A DNA stretch of 64,000 nt from Octopus vulgaris (lineage: Eukaryota), in assembly GCA_951406725.2 (NCBI GenBank), contig OX597829.1, positions 50,716,001 through 50,780,000 of the forward strand, in the 5' to 3' direction. Below, in pieces: positions 52,838 to 64,000 of this stretch. Numbering within the stretch: position 1 is the stretch's first letter; each line of letters starts with the position of its first letter. The translations under genes were made by a program, and so were the position numbers. The notes beneath the pieces were generated by a model, which saw nothing but the letters and a program-made list of their open reading frames with translations, ran no database searches and was not told the DNA's origin.

Positions 52838-53005
52838 TAAGTGGCTGAGTGCACCACAGACACACACACTCTTAACGTAGTTCTCAGGGAAATTCAGTGT
52901 GGCACAGAGTGTGACAAGGGGCTGGCCCTTTTAAATACAGGTACTGCTTATTTTTGATAGCTTAGTGGATTGGAGCAATGTGAAGTAAAGTGTCTTGCTC
53001 AAGGA
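52838..53005 (-). mobile_element. Hybrid SINE fragment (family D core joined to A2 tail)
   Basis: aagtgtcttgctcaagga is contiguous with taagtggctgagtgcaccacagac. Confidence 0.65.
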
Positions 53006-53457
53006 TATAGTGTGCATGCATACACACACACACACACACATGATGGTCTTCTTTCAGTTTCCACCTGCCAAATCTACTAACAAAGCTTAGGTCAGCCCAA
53101 GGCTATAGTAGAAAAAACTTGCCCAAGGTGCCAAACTTGCAGTAGCACCAAGCTTGGAACCATGTGGTTGAGAAGCAAACTGCTTACCACACACCTATGC
53201 TTACACCTATGTGCATTTGGATTACATTATCCAATGTGTTCTTTCCGTTTTGTTTTAATAAATATAGAATGTGATTTGAAGGAGACTTTACTCTTATTTC
53301 TAGTAGGTCAAGAAAAACAAATCAAGTAGATGATTTCTCTTTAGCATGTCGTTGTTTAATCCTAGCTCAGCCCTGGTCAAGCAAATCGATGTTGAATATG
53401 TTCCATATCAGCTTTTATTTTTTTATTTCTTTTTATTTTAGATACAGTATTATGAGA

Positions 53458-53792
53458 GAAGGCGCATGGCTCAGTGGTTAGAGTGCCGAGCTTACGATCG
53501 TAAGGTTGTGAGCTCAAATCCCGGACAGGGATGCATGTTGTGTTCTTGAGCAAGACACTTTATTTCACGTTGCTCCAGTTCACTCAGCTGTAGAAATGAG
53601 TTGCGACGTCACGAGTGCCAAGCTGTATCGGCCTTTGTCTTTCCCTTGGATAACACTGGTGGCGTAGAGAGGGGAGACCGGTATGCATGGGCGACTACTG
53701 GTCTTCCATAAACAACTGTGCCTGGACTTATGCCTGGGAGGGTAACTTTCTAGGTGCAATCCCATGGACAGTGTCGTAACCGAAGGGGGTCT
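53458..53792 (+). mobile_element. SINE family D, full length
   Basis: A box TGGCTCAGTGG; TSD-like cagtattatgaga / cagtattttgaga. Confidence 0.9.
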
Positions 53793-53937
53793 CAGTATTT
53801 TGAGAACTACATTATCAAAACTGTCCTTAAATTTTAAAGACTATTGCCTCAGTTTTTTTAGAGGACAGTGAGGGATTCCTGATAGGTTACATGCATTAAT
53901 GCATTAATGCATTCAACCCCCAATATTACCCTAGCTT

Positions 53938-54780
53938 AGGGTGGCAAGCTGGCAGAACCATAAGCACGACAGGTAAAATAATTAGCAGCATTTCATCCAC
54001 CTTTACATTCTGAGTTCAAATTCCACTGAGGTTGGCTTTGCTTTTCATCCTTTAGGGTCAATAAAATAAGAACCAGTTGAATACTGGGGTCGATGTAACC
54101 AACTATCCCCCATCCCCCAAAATTTCAGGCCTTGTGCCTATAATAGAAAAGAAGATTACCTTAGCTTAAATGGTCAGGTAGTTAAATTGTTAGCACAGCA
54201 GGTAAAATGCTAAGCGGAATTCCATCTGTCTCTACAATCTGAGTTCAAATTCTGTGGAGATTGACTTCCCCTTTGATGCTTTTTAGGGTTGATAAAATAA
54301 ATATTATATCAACATGCAACCTCAGCCCCGAAATTACTGGCATTGTAAAAAGCACCCACTACACTCACGGAGTGGTTGGCGTTAGGAAGGGCATCCAGCT
54401 GTGGAAACACTGCCAGATAAGACTGGAGCCTGGTGCAGCCTTCTGGCTTCCCAGATCCCCGGTCGAACCATCCAACCCATGCTAGCACAGAAAGCGGACG
54501 TTAAACGATGATGATGATGATGATGATGATGTGCCACAATTTGAAACCTATATTACTCTAACTGAAAGCAGTGAACTGACAGAATCGTTGGTACAGTGGA
54601 AATATTGCTTTGTGACATTCCCTTTTGGCTCTCTACATTCTGAGTTCAAATTCCTCTGAGGTCGACGTTGCTTTTCATCTTTTTGGGGGTTGATAAAATA
54701 AATACCAGTTGAGCACTGGAGGAGATGTAATCAACCAGCCCCTTCCTTCAAAATTTCAGGCTTTGTGTTGATAAGAGAAA
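53938..54780 (+). mobile_element. Three older SINE family C copies plus an RTE tail (54340-54530)
   Basis: ttctgagttcaaattc recurs at about 54008, 54238 and 54638. Confidence 0.75.
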
Positions 54781-54833
54781 GAAATATTGCCTTATCTGCC
54801 AATAGGAAGAGACTACTAACATTATGGTTCATG

Positions 54834-55245
54834 TAGGCGCAGTAGTGGATGTGTGGTAAGTAGCTTGTTTACCAACCACATGGTTCCGGGTTCAGTCCCA
54901 CTGCGTGGCACCTTGGGCAAGTGTCTTCTAATATAGCCTCGGGCCGACCAAAGCCTTGTGAGTGGATTTGGTAGACGGAAACTGAAAGAAGCCCATCGTA
55001 TATATGTATATATATGTATGCATGTGTGTGTTTGTGTGTCTGTGTTTGTCCCCCTAACATTGCTTGACAACCGATGCTGGTATGTTTATGTCCCCGTTAC
55101 TTAGCGGTTCGGCAAAAGAGACTGATAGAATAAGTACAGGGCTTACAAAGAATAAGTCCTGGGGTTGATTTGCTCGACTAAAGGCGGTGCTCCAGCATGT
55201 CCACAGTCAAATGACTGAAACAAGTAAAAGAGTAAAAGAGAGAGT
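54834..55245 (+). mobile_element. SINE family B, full length
   Basis: Family match. Confidence 0.9.
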
Positions 55246-55540
55246 AGGGGTGCATCACTTAATGCTTTTAATTTCTGCAATGGACTCCTTCAGCATTTTG
55301 TCAGCAACCTTATGAATTCAATGATTTATAATTTCATCTGTACCCCTATTAAATCACATTATGGGTGGGCAGCTACTCTAGATTTATTGTGCTCTTAAAA
55401 AAAGTCAGAGACAATTTAAGTGTTTATTGTAAACCAGAAATACTAATGCACCAAAGCACCTCAAATTACTTGATTTGTAAATGTGAAAGACAGACCTTGG
55501 TAAAACTAATTTTCCTACGTTTTGTTGTATATTAGTTTAC

Positions 55541-55915
55541 AATGGCCCAGTGGTTAGGGCAGCGGACTCGCGGTCGTAGGATCGCGGTTTCGATTCCCAG
55601 ACCGGACGTTGTGAGTGTTTATTGAGCGAAAACACCTAAAAGCTCCACGAGGTTCCGGCAGGGGATGGTGGTGATCCCTGCTGTACTCTTTCACCACAAC
55701 TTTCTCTCACTCTTACTTCCTGTTTCTGTTGTACCTGTATTTCAAAGGGCTGGCCTTGTCACTCTCTGTGTCATGCTGAATATCCCCGAGAACTGCGTTA
55801 AGGGTACACGTGTCTGGGGAGTGCTCAGCCACTTACGCATTAATTTCACGAGCAGGCTGTTCCGTTGATTCGGATCAACCGGAACCCTCATCGTCGTAAC
55901 CGATGGAGTGCTTCC
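55541..55915 (+). mobile_element. SINE family A (A2)
   Basis: Family match. Confidence 0.9.
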
Positions 55916-56039
55916 ACAGTTTCCTTAATAATTTCCTTACTCTATTTCAGTTGAAATCCTCTACTGTTGTTTCACTTAATGTTGAAAATTATTAAGAATT
56001 CTGTAAGATAATGTTGCCATTACTAAACTAGTGTTTTAT

Positions 56040-56255
56040 GGTGGCAAACTAGCAGAATCGTTAGCATGTCAGGCAATGTTAGCATTTCGTCCTTAATTAC
56101 ATTCTGAGTTCAAATTCTGCTGAGGTCGACTTTGCCTTTCAGCCTTTTGGGAGTGATAAATTAAGTACCAGTAAAACACTGGGGGGGGGGGGGGGTTAAA
56201 TGTAATCAACTAGCCCCTCCCCACAAAATTTTAGGCCTTGTGCTTATTGTAGAAA
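56040..56255 (+). mobile_element. SINE family C (tail B)
   Basis: Family match. Confidence 0.8.
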
Positions 56256-56364
56256 ATGTTTTTAAACTGGCGTTTGGAACATAAATTAAGTGAAATTTTA
56301 ATGGAAGAAGATTTTTAGTTTGATCACTTTAACCATTTCGTTACCATATTTCTGTTGAAATACC

Positions 56365-56596
56365 TATTTCTTTACTACCCACAAGGGGCTAAACACAGAG
56401 AGGACAAACAAGGACAGACAAACGGATTAAGTCGATTACATTGACCCCAGTGCGTAACTGGTACTTAATTTATCGACCCCGAAAGGATGAAAGGCAAAGT
56501 CGACCTCGGCGGAATTTGAACTCAGAACGTAACGGCAGACGAAATACCGCGAAGCATTTCACCCGGCGTGCTAACGATTCTGCCAGCTCGCCACCT
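56365..56596 (-). mobile_element. SINE family C (tail A), full length with perfect 18-bp TSD
   Basis: tatttctgttgaaatacc at 56347-56364 and 56597-56614. Confidence 0.93.
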
Positions 56597-56890
56597 TATT
56601 TCTGTTGAAATACCGCACTGCCTTTATTTCAAATAATGCTGATAATAACAAAGAATTTAGTAAAATAACTTTGTCATTAATGATTATTTTCCAACATAAT
56701 ATGTCAGTCCTGGTTTAGGACAAATGTTTCTGTAATTAAGCCCCACGAGACATCGTCTCCAGCTGGCTATACGACAAGATATTTGTCCTTATATTTTCAA
56801 ACAAGGAAACCTAGCACCCCAACTCAGCTCAAAAGAATATCTGTGTATCATGATTTACAGATTATTTCCCTTCATCTGCACAGAATAATA

Positions 56891-57400
56891 ATGGAAAGCA
56901 AAACAGTAACATTCAGAACATTTTCGAATGAAAATGGGAGAATAGAACACTCGCCGCAGGAAGAGATAGAGGAAATGTTGGTGGTGAATATGGGAGAAAA
57001 GATAACGTTTTTTGAAAGAGGAGGGAGATACGGAACTATAGTAGTAATGTTTCTTTCAGAAGAGGAGGCAAAAAAATCTGGCAACATGATGTTACATGGA
57101 GAGAAATGGACATTGATGCCAGACTGTTGGGGCAAAAGAATCGTCAGGGTCAGGGTGGGAAGAATCCCACTGTCAATAGACCCAGAATGAGTAACAGCTG
57201 CAACATTTAATTCAGAGCTGAGGAAGAAAGGAGAAGACCTGAGGATTGGCATAGTAAGTAGAAAACAACAATTGAATTGCCGGGGTTATGGTATTGAAAT
57301 AATCTGTGCGGTAAGCCCAAAATATTATGATGAAATGGCAGAAACTTTGGAATTACCAAACAGTGAAAAACTGGAAATAATGTAGGAGGGAGACCCCCAA
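56891..57400 (+). pseudogene. ORF1 (Gag-like) pseudogene of element 1
   Basis: KTVTFRTFSN, RGGRYGTIVVMF, WTLMPDCWGKRIVRVRVGRI, GYGIEI align to 59253-59789; in-frame TGA at 57188. Confidence 0.75.
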
Positions 57401-58123
57401 AATGCCCTAGAGCAGCAGTGGAAATGGTGGAAGAGAGTGCTCAGGAAATATAGTGGTGGAAAAAAAGCAGAAACAAAAAATAGAACATGGTGGGAATTTT
57501 GCGGAGGTAAAACCCAGGAAATGAGAGAGAAGAAAGTCTCCGACGACAATGGACTTGAAGAAGAGTAAAGGAATGGAAGAAGAAACCCAACCCATGACGA
57601 GAAACGGAGAAAATTTACCAGTGGAAGTACTAGCAAAGGAGTTAAAAGTACAGAGTCATGCAGACCAGAAACAAGACAACCCAGAATTACAGAAACCTAA
57701 AAACATAGACACACAGATGGAACACATAGAGTTACGGTCAAACAAACACACAGACACTCAAATGCACGAACACACAGACTTAGAGACGAAAATATACAAG
57801 AACACACAAAACAGTGGGGAAATTAGAAACAAAAAGAGACAACATGAAAAACACAAACAAAAAGGAAATTATAGTGAGATAGGACAACCCAACTTAAAAG
57901 GATTGCATAATTGAAAGACATTGTGAGACACAGAAGAGGTAAGTCGACATAATCTTGTAAAGACGGTTACTGAGGAGAATATTTATTTGAACTTTTAAGG
58001 AAAAAAAGGAAAACTAAGGAAATTTTGTAATGGTTGAATGAACAGGTTTCCAAAATGTTTTTAAAAAATATTGTGATACTTTGGTTAAAAAAAAAAGGAA
58101 AAAATAAGAAGTAAATCCTGTAT

Positions 58124-58509
58124 TGGAAGCACTCCGTCGGTTACGACGATGAGGGTTCCGGTTGATCCGAATCAACGGAACAGCCTGCTCGTGAAATTAA
58201 CGTGTAAGTGGCTGAGCACTCCACAGACACGTGCATCCTTAATGTAGTTCTCAGGGATATTCAGCGTGACACAGAGAGTGACAAGGCCGGCCCTTTGAAA
58301 TACAGGTACAACAGAAACAGGAAGTAAGAGTGAGAGGAAGTTGCGGTGAAACAGTACAGCAGGGATCACCACCATCCCTTACCGGACCCTCGTAGAGCTT
58401 TTAGGTGTTTTCGCTCAATAAACACTCACAACGTCCGGTCTGGGAATCGAAACCGCGATCCTATGACCGCGAGTCCACTGCCCAAACCACTGGGCCATTG
58501 CGCCTCCAC
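58124..58509 (-). mobile_element. SINE family A (A2) inside element 1
   Basis: TSD aaatcctgtat at 58113-58123 and 58510-58520. Confidence 0.92.
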
Positions 58510-59059
58510 AAATCCTGTATGAACAATTGTTTAAAAGGTGAGTACTTGTAAGGCAAAAGCGAAAAGGGAAGTCGCGGTTTTGCCTTGGAGCGAGGCTAGA
58601 GGTTGTGTAAAAAGTTTAAGTGAAAAGGAATCCATGGTTTCATCTTGCAGTGGGAGCAAAATGGCCATCTCATTTGCATTGTAATTTTATTCATTTCGCA
58701 TTCATCCTTCATGTGTTTTCTGTTCCTGCATGTCTTTGTATGTCCCCTCTGTAATTAGGCCTTGTGCCTGTAATAAAGAATCAAGCTAGCAAGGCCACGT
58801 CTTTTCCTTCTGTGACACATTGTTGTCTTCAGTTTATTATCTGCAGTATGTGAGTTCGTTTTCTGTTCTGTTTATTGTAAATTTGTGTTATTTGAAGTGA
58901 AATATTTTAAATGAAATTGAACTGTTGTCCTTTGGAAAATGGTAATTTTCGCCCTGTGGGGTTGAAAAATTTCTGTAAATTTTGTGAACTGGGATTTTTT
59001 ACGAAAATATTTTCTGGAAATTTTCTTGTCATTTGTGACAAGTGTGAAGAAACGAAGTT

Positions 59060-59789
59060 ATGGAGACCCAACAAGCCATCAGCTATACTGCAGCAACGGA
59101 AAGAAGTTTGAATAACATGTTGCAGGTTAAAGAAGTGAAATTCAACGAGAGGAAATTGAAAAAGGCAAATGAACTTACAGTTACAGAAGGAAATAGCTTG
59201 AGGCTGACCCCACCAAAAGAGATAATGGAGGAACCAGCAAAAAAAAACTGTTGTGTATAGAACGCTATCAAACTCAAGTAAAAGGGTGGAAATAGCGACC
59301 GTTGAAGCAATGGAAGAATGTCTTAAGGACATTAAGCACCTAACGACAAACTACACCAGAGGCAAGAAGTATGGCACAGTGGAGGTACAGTTTGCGACCA
59401 AACAGGATGCAATAAAGTGCTCCACTGTGCCATTGAGGTTGGAAGAGTGGGCACTACTGCCAACCTACTGTGGCAAACATGCAGCCAGAATTAGGATTGG
59501 CAGAGTGACCCCAGAAATCGATGAAACGTGGCTAGTGGCAGCCATCCTCTTCAACAGGGAGGAGGAGACCAATGTGCCAATGGAGGTAAACTGGCTTGGA
59601 TATGGCCTTGAGGTGATGGTTCAAATCAGTTTGCCAGACCTGCATAAGATTGTAGACAAAATTATGTTGCCAGAGGATGTTAAACTTAGAGTGGTAGTAG
59701 AGGGAAGACCTTCCATCTGCTACCACTGTGGAGGACGGGGACACATGCAAGCAAGGTGTCCCCAGAAACAAGAAGTAGAACAGGAGTAG
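59060..59789 (+). pseudogene. ORF1 (Gag-like, CCHC zinc knuckle) of element 2
   Basis: EGRPSICYHCGGRGHMQARC fits CX2CX4HX4C; frameshift in the A-run near 59240 restores KTVVYRTLSN. Confidence 0.85.
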
Positions 59790-60215
59790 CAGGAGGAGGA
59801 GGTGGAACAAGGTGTGGTAGCAAAAAGGCCAAGTAAGTGAAGAGATGGAAAACGTAGAAGGAAAATATTCGGTTGGAAAAAGAAAGAAGAAAAGAGATGA
59901 AAATGCATATTTACCACCAAAAAAGGCCACAAAAAAAGAGAGAAAAGGCAATTTAGAGGAGATACAAATTGGAAGAACAGAAATAACGAAAAAGGGAATT
60001 ACAGAAGAAAAGACAAGTAAGCAGAAAGGAAAGGAAGCAAGAATAAAGAGTAAGATAGATAGAGATGGTTGAGACACAAAAACCAGGGGCACCGGGAGAG
60101 AATTGAGATGGAAAATGGAAAGGAGTATCCAAAGGAAAAAATGTGAGGATGATGGTAGAATATAAAAAGAGCGTATAAATAGAGAAACGGATAACTAAAA
60201 TGAAAAATGTAATCA

Positions 60216-60632
60216 GAGGTGCAAGAGTGGCTGTGTGGTAAGTAGCTTGTTTACCAGCCACATGGTTCCAGGTTCAGTCCCACTGCGTGTCACCTTGGGC
60301 AAGTGTCTTCTAATATAGCCTCGGGCCGACCAAAGCCTTGTGAGTGGATTTGGGAGACGGAAACTGAAAGAAGCCCGTCGTATATATGTGTATATATATA
60401 TATATATGCGTGTGTGTGTTTGTGTGTCTGTGTTTGTCCCCCTAGCATTGCTTGACAACTGATGCTGGTGTGTTTATGTCCCCGTTACTTAGCGGTTCGG
60501 CAAAAGGGACCGATAGAATAATTACCGGGCTTACAAAAGAATAAGTCCCAGGGTCGAGTTGCTCGACTAAAGGCGGTGCTCCAGCATGGCTGCAGTCAAA
60601 TGACTGAAACAAGTAAAAGAGTAAAAGAGAGT
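60216..60632 (+). mobile_element. SINE family B inside element 2
   Basis: Family match. Confidence 0.9.
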
Positions 60633-60877
60633 AAAATTGTCAGGGAGTGAGGCTAATGAAGACGACAGGGTAGTTTTGATAGAGAGAGAGAAAATAGAAA
60701 GACTAAAAGAAATAATTGGCAAACAAACTGTATTATCGGAGTTGTGGGTTCGATGCGACGAAGTACCACCAGTTGTGCCATTTGAAGACATAGTGGAGTA
60801 CATAGTCAAATGAAAAGAAGTGAAATTAATAAAATTAAAATTATGTTTTAAAAAAAGAACAATGAACTGTTCATGAA

Positions 60878-61280
60878 TATCATCATCATCATCATCATCG
60901 TTTAACGTCCGCTTTCCATGCTAGCATGGGTTGGACGGTTCGACCAGGGATCTGGGAAGCCAGAAGGCTGCACCAGGCTCCAGTCTGATCTGGCAGTGTT
61001 TCTACAGCTGGATGCCCTTCCTAACGCCAACCACTCCGTGAGTGTAGTGGGTGTTTTTTACGTGCCACCTGCACTGGTGCCAGGCGAGGCTGGCATCGGC
61101 CACAATCAGATTGGTGCTTTTTACATGCCACTGACACGGAAGCCAGTCGAGGCGGCGCTGGCATCGGCCACGATTCGGATAGTGCTTTTTGCGTATCTCC
61201 TGTCCAGGGGTCCTGGCATCTGCCGGGTGCCAGTCATAGGATTGGTTCAATTTCGATTCCGATTTCACTTGCCCCAACAG
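60878..61280 (-). mobile_element. RTE 3'UTR fragment inside element 2
   Basis: Family motif and (CAT)n. Confidence 0.85.
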
Positions 61281-61474
61281 GGGATATGTGTTGCATAAAC
61301 AGTTAAGTGACACTGTTTCTGTGTGTGGGATGCAAGTAAGACATTTCATTTTTCTCATTATATCACTATATTTATTCGATTTTTGTTTTATGTACCCCAC
61401 TGTATTGTGTTGCCTGTCTTTGTCCGTCCCTTCTTTGTAAGAGCTATATGCTCATAGTAAAGAATAAATCTAGC

Positions 61475-61538
61475 AAGCCATGCTACTCCAGACTGATGAT
61501 GGGCAATGACTCTGAAACTAGTCTCTGGTTGCTGGCTT
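61475..61538 (+). ncRNA. Type I hammerhead ribozyme with canonical core and extended stem I
   Basis: CCAGA-CTGATGA-tGGGcaatgaCTCt-GAAA-CTAG-TC-TCTGG; predicted GUC cleavage after 61523; aagcca/tggctt extends stem I. Confidence 0.7.
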
Positions 61539-62602
61539 TGCTGGGTGGAGGTGCTTATCTCCCCCTTTGAAAACATAAGGACACAGGAAATGTGTCAAGG
61601 CCGACAGGAAGCGGTGCTTCCTAGGGCTAAATAACAGTAGTATTATTCCCTTTCATGGGACTGTCACATTAAGTTGACAACATACCACCACTTTTCAGGA
61701 TATTTCTGTTGAAATTCACTAATTTTGTTTCAATTAATATTGAAAATAATGAAGGATTCAGTAAAATAACTTTGTCGTTATTAAACAGAAGTTCGGAACA
61801 TAAAGTAACACAAAATTTTGATGGAAGTTTCTAATTTAGACCACTTTAAACAGAGAGCTTGTGTCATAAAACTTAGCAGTAGTCTCTGACAGGTCTGATT
61901 TGTGTACTTGGAATTTAAGTTAACATGAAGTTTTGCTGGAAGGTTTGTAATTTAGATCATTTCAAAGCATAAAGTTTGCAACAGGAACCAGCAACAATCT
62001 CTGGTGGTTTTGCTACCAAAATGGTTAAAAAGCCACATTTGAGTACTTGTGGTTGGTTTCTCTTTCACATCAAAAGATCTGTAACAGCAATCCACATTAA
62101 CTAAATAGAATGTTGGGAACACAGTTAGGATCTTTTTCGCAACAGCCTATAATCCAGGATAAAGATTTGTAATTCAGTGGTGCAACCAATAATATTCTGA
62201 AATTGGAGATTCGATTTTTCATTGATTTTTAATTCAAGCAATTCTTGTAATCACTTGAAAAACAAAATAAGAAATTTTGAAAGAAGTTTCTATAAAATTA
62301 ATTTCTATACATAGAATGGCTATGAGGGTCTACCAGAATGAAATAGTAATCAAAGGGATTCATAAATAGAAAATGTTTGAAACCCCCTGCTTTAAATGTA
62401 TGTATCGCAAGAAACAGCTAGGTTTCTTTCTCTAACATTTTACATAATTCAACCTACACAAGTTAATGTGTGAAAAGCAAAATAGGAAATTTTGAAAGAA
62501 GATAAAACTAGTATTTAAACATAGAATGGCTATAGAGGTGTGTGTGCGTGCATGTGTGTGTGTGTGTGTGCGTGTGTTCACATCTGTGTATGTATGTATG
62601 TA

Positions 62603-62912
62603 TTAGAGCATTAGACTCACAATCATGAGGTATTGAGTTCGATTCCCAGAATAGGCTGTGTGTTGTGTTCTTGAGCGAGACACTTTATTTCGTGTTGCTC
62701 CAGTTCACTTAGCTGTAGAAATGAGTTGTGATGTCACTGGTGCCTAGTTGTGATGTCAGCTTTTGCCTTTCCCTTGGATAACATCCATAGAGAGGGGAGG
62801 CTGGTATGCATGGGTGACTGCTGGTCTTCCACAAAGCAACCTCACCCGGACTTATACCTTGGAGAGGAACTTTCTAGGTGCAATCCCATGGTCATTCATG
62901 ACCAAAGGGGTC
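62603..62912 (+). mobile_element. SINE family D
   Basis: Family match. Confidence 0.85.
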
Positions 62913-63084
62913 TTTATGTATGCATGCATGCATGCATGTATGTATGTATGTATGTATGTATGTATGTATGTATGTATGTATGTATGTATGTATGTATGTA
63001 TGTATGTGTGTATGTATGTATGTATGTATGTATGTATGTATGTATGTATGTATGTATGTGTGTATATATGTATGTATGTGACAA

Positions 63085-63663
63085 AGTGTAAGTGATTTGA
63101 GAGAAAAACTGGATATATGAGGCATGAGATGTAACGTGCAAGAGAGAAGACTGCACTGGTTTGGTCATGTGATGCAGATGAATGAAGGCAGTTGCATCAA
63201 GAGGTGCTGATCTCTAATTGTGGAGGGAACATGTGGAAGGGGTAGACCAAGGAAGACATGGGACACTGGTGAGAAAGGATCTACAAATGTCAGGAGTCAC
63301 AAAGGGGATGACAGGGGACTGAGACTTATGGCAGTTTGCTGTGCTTGAGAAAACACACCAAGCTATGTAAAAGCACGGTTGCCCTTGCACCCCTCTTCAG
63401 CTGAGTGATCCTAATCATGTGGGCTCGTGAGTGCTGGTGCCACATAAAAAGCACCAGTACTGGTGCCACATGAACATACCCATGCCAGCACTGCATAGAA
63501 GCACCCAGTGCACTTGGTTAAGTGGTTGGTGTTAAGAAGGGCATCAAACTGTAGAAACCATGCCAAAATAGACATGGAACCTGAGCAGCTCCTCAGCTGA
63601 CCAGCTCCTGTGAAACCATCCAGTCTATGCTAGCATGGAAAACAGATGTCAAATGATGATGAT
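63085..63663 (+). mobile_element. 5'-truncated RTE LINE (ORF end plus 3'UTR)
   Basis: RRLHWFGHVMQM ... EGTCGRGRPRKTW, then UTR and (GAT)n. Confidence 0.88.
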
Positions 63664-63774
63664 GTATGTATGCATATATGTATATATCTATCTATGTATA
63701 TAAATACACACATATATATGCATGTGTAAAGATTTGATATTTATACATGCATACACACACACACACACACACAT

Positions 63775-63925
63775 ATATCTCCTCGTTTTTTTCTGTGTAT
63801 CTTTCTGTAGAAGACCGTTGGCTCAAAACGAAAAAGACTTTTTCTATTCCTGTATGCTATACTAATACATTTGTTTGTTTGTACACCACCTGCCTTCGTC
63901 TTTTGTTTATTTTCGTAAACTTTCC

Positions 63926-63930
<5 letters not shown>
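63775..63930 (+). mobile_element. Penelope-like pseudo-LTR remnant with decayed HHR-like motif
   Basis: tcttt-ctgtagaagaccgttggctcaaaacga-aaaga; related minus-strand copies at about 36785-36975 and 34970-35035. Confidence 0.5.
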
Positions 63931-63971
<41 letters not shown>

Positions 63972-64000
63972 ACACAAAATGAAGCAATGACAAGATGACA

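Larger units (their letters stand above)
56773..58784 (+). mobile_element. ORF1-only L1/Tx1-type non-LTR element 1
   Basis: Degenerate ORF1 homologous to that of element 2; T-rich 3'UTR ending aggccttgtgcctgtaataaagaa; no EN/RT seen. Confidence 0.7.
58800..61469 (+). mobile_element. ORF1-only L1/Tx1-type non-LTR element 2
   Basis: Flanked by ctagcaaggccacg (58786-58799) and ctagcaagccatg (61470-61482); 3' stem-loop gagc-tatat-gctc then tagtaaagaa; no EN/RT seen. Confidence 0.75.
56329..62028. mobile_element. piggyBac-type MITE ends bracketing the nested 56.3-62.0 kb cluster
   Basis: ttaa|ccatttcgttacc at the left and gctaccaaaatgg|ttaa at the right; MITE body at 56597-56700 and 61701-62028. 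Confidence 0.5.

Noticed and set aside
59253-59789. LTR-retrotransposon or retroviral gag
   Set aside because: No LTRs, PBS or pol; the EGRP-CCHC context and 3' tail fit a non-LTR ORF1.

Overview
AT-rich, repeat-saturated eukaryotic non-coding DNA. The SINE, RTE and microsatellite repertoire is what I recall for Octopus (inference, not searched). No intact host protein-coding gene is recognisable; nearly all ORF-track hits are microsatellite or transposon noise. Content: four tRNA-headed SINE families (labelled A-D here), many RTE-clade LINE fragments, one near-full-length RTE-BovB copy, Tc1/mariner relics (one with DD36E spacing), hAT and piggyBac-type MITEs, two non-autonomous Helitrons, and Penelope-like remnants carrying hammerhead-ribozyme (HHR) motifs, often in fold-back structures. 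The most striking locus is 56.7-61.6 kb. Two divergent ORF1-only (Gag/CCHC, L1/Tx1-type) retroelements lie in tandem at what appears to be the same ~13-bp site in the stem I arm of a type I hammerhead. Their 3' stem-loop tail is shared with SINE family C, which itself prefers GGTAT target sites and forms a 6x183-bp tandem array. All alignments and folds were done by eye and boundaries are approximate.
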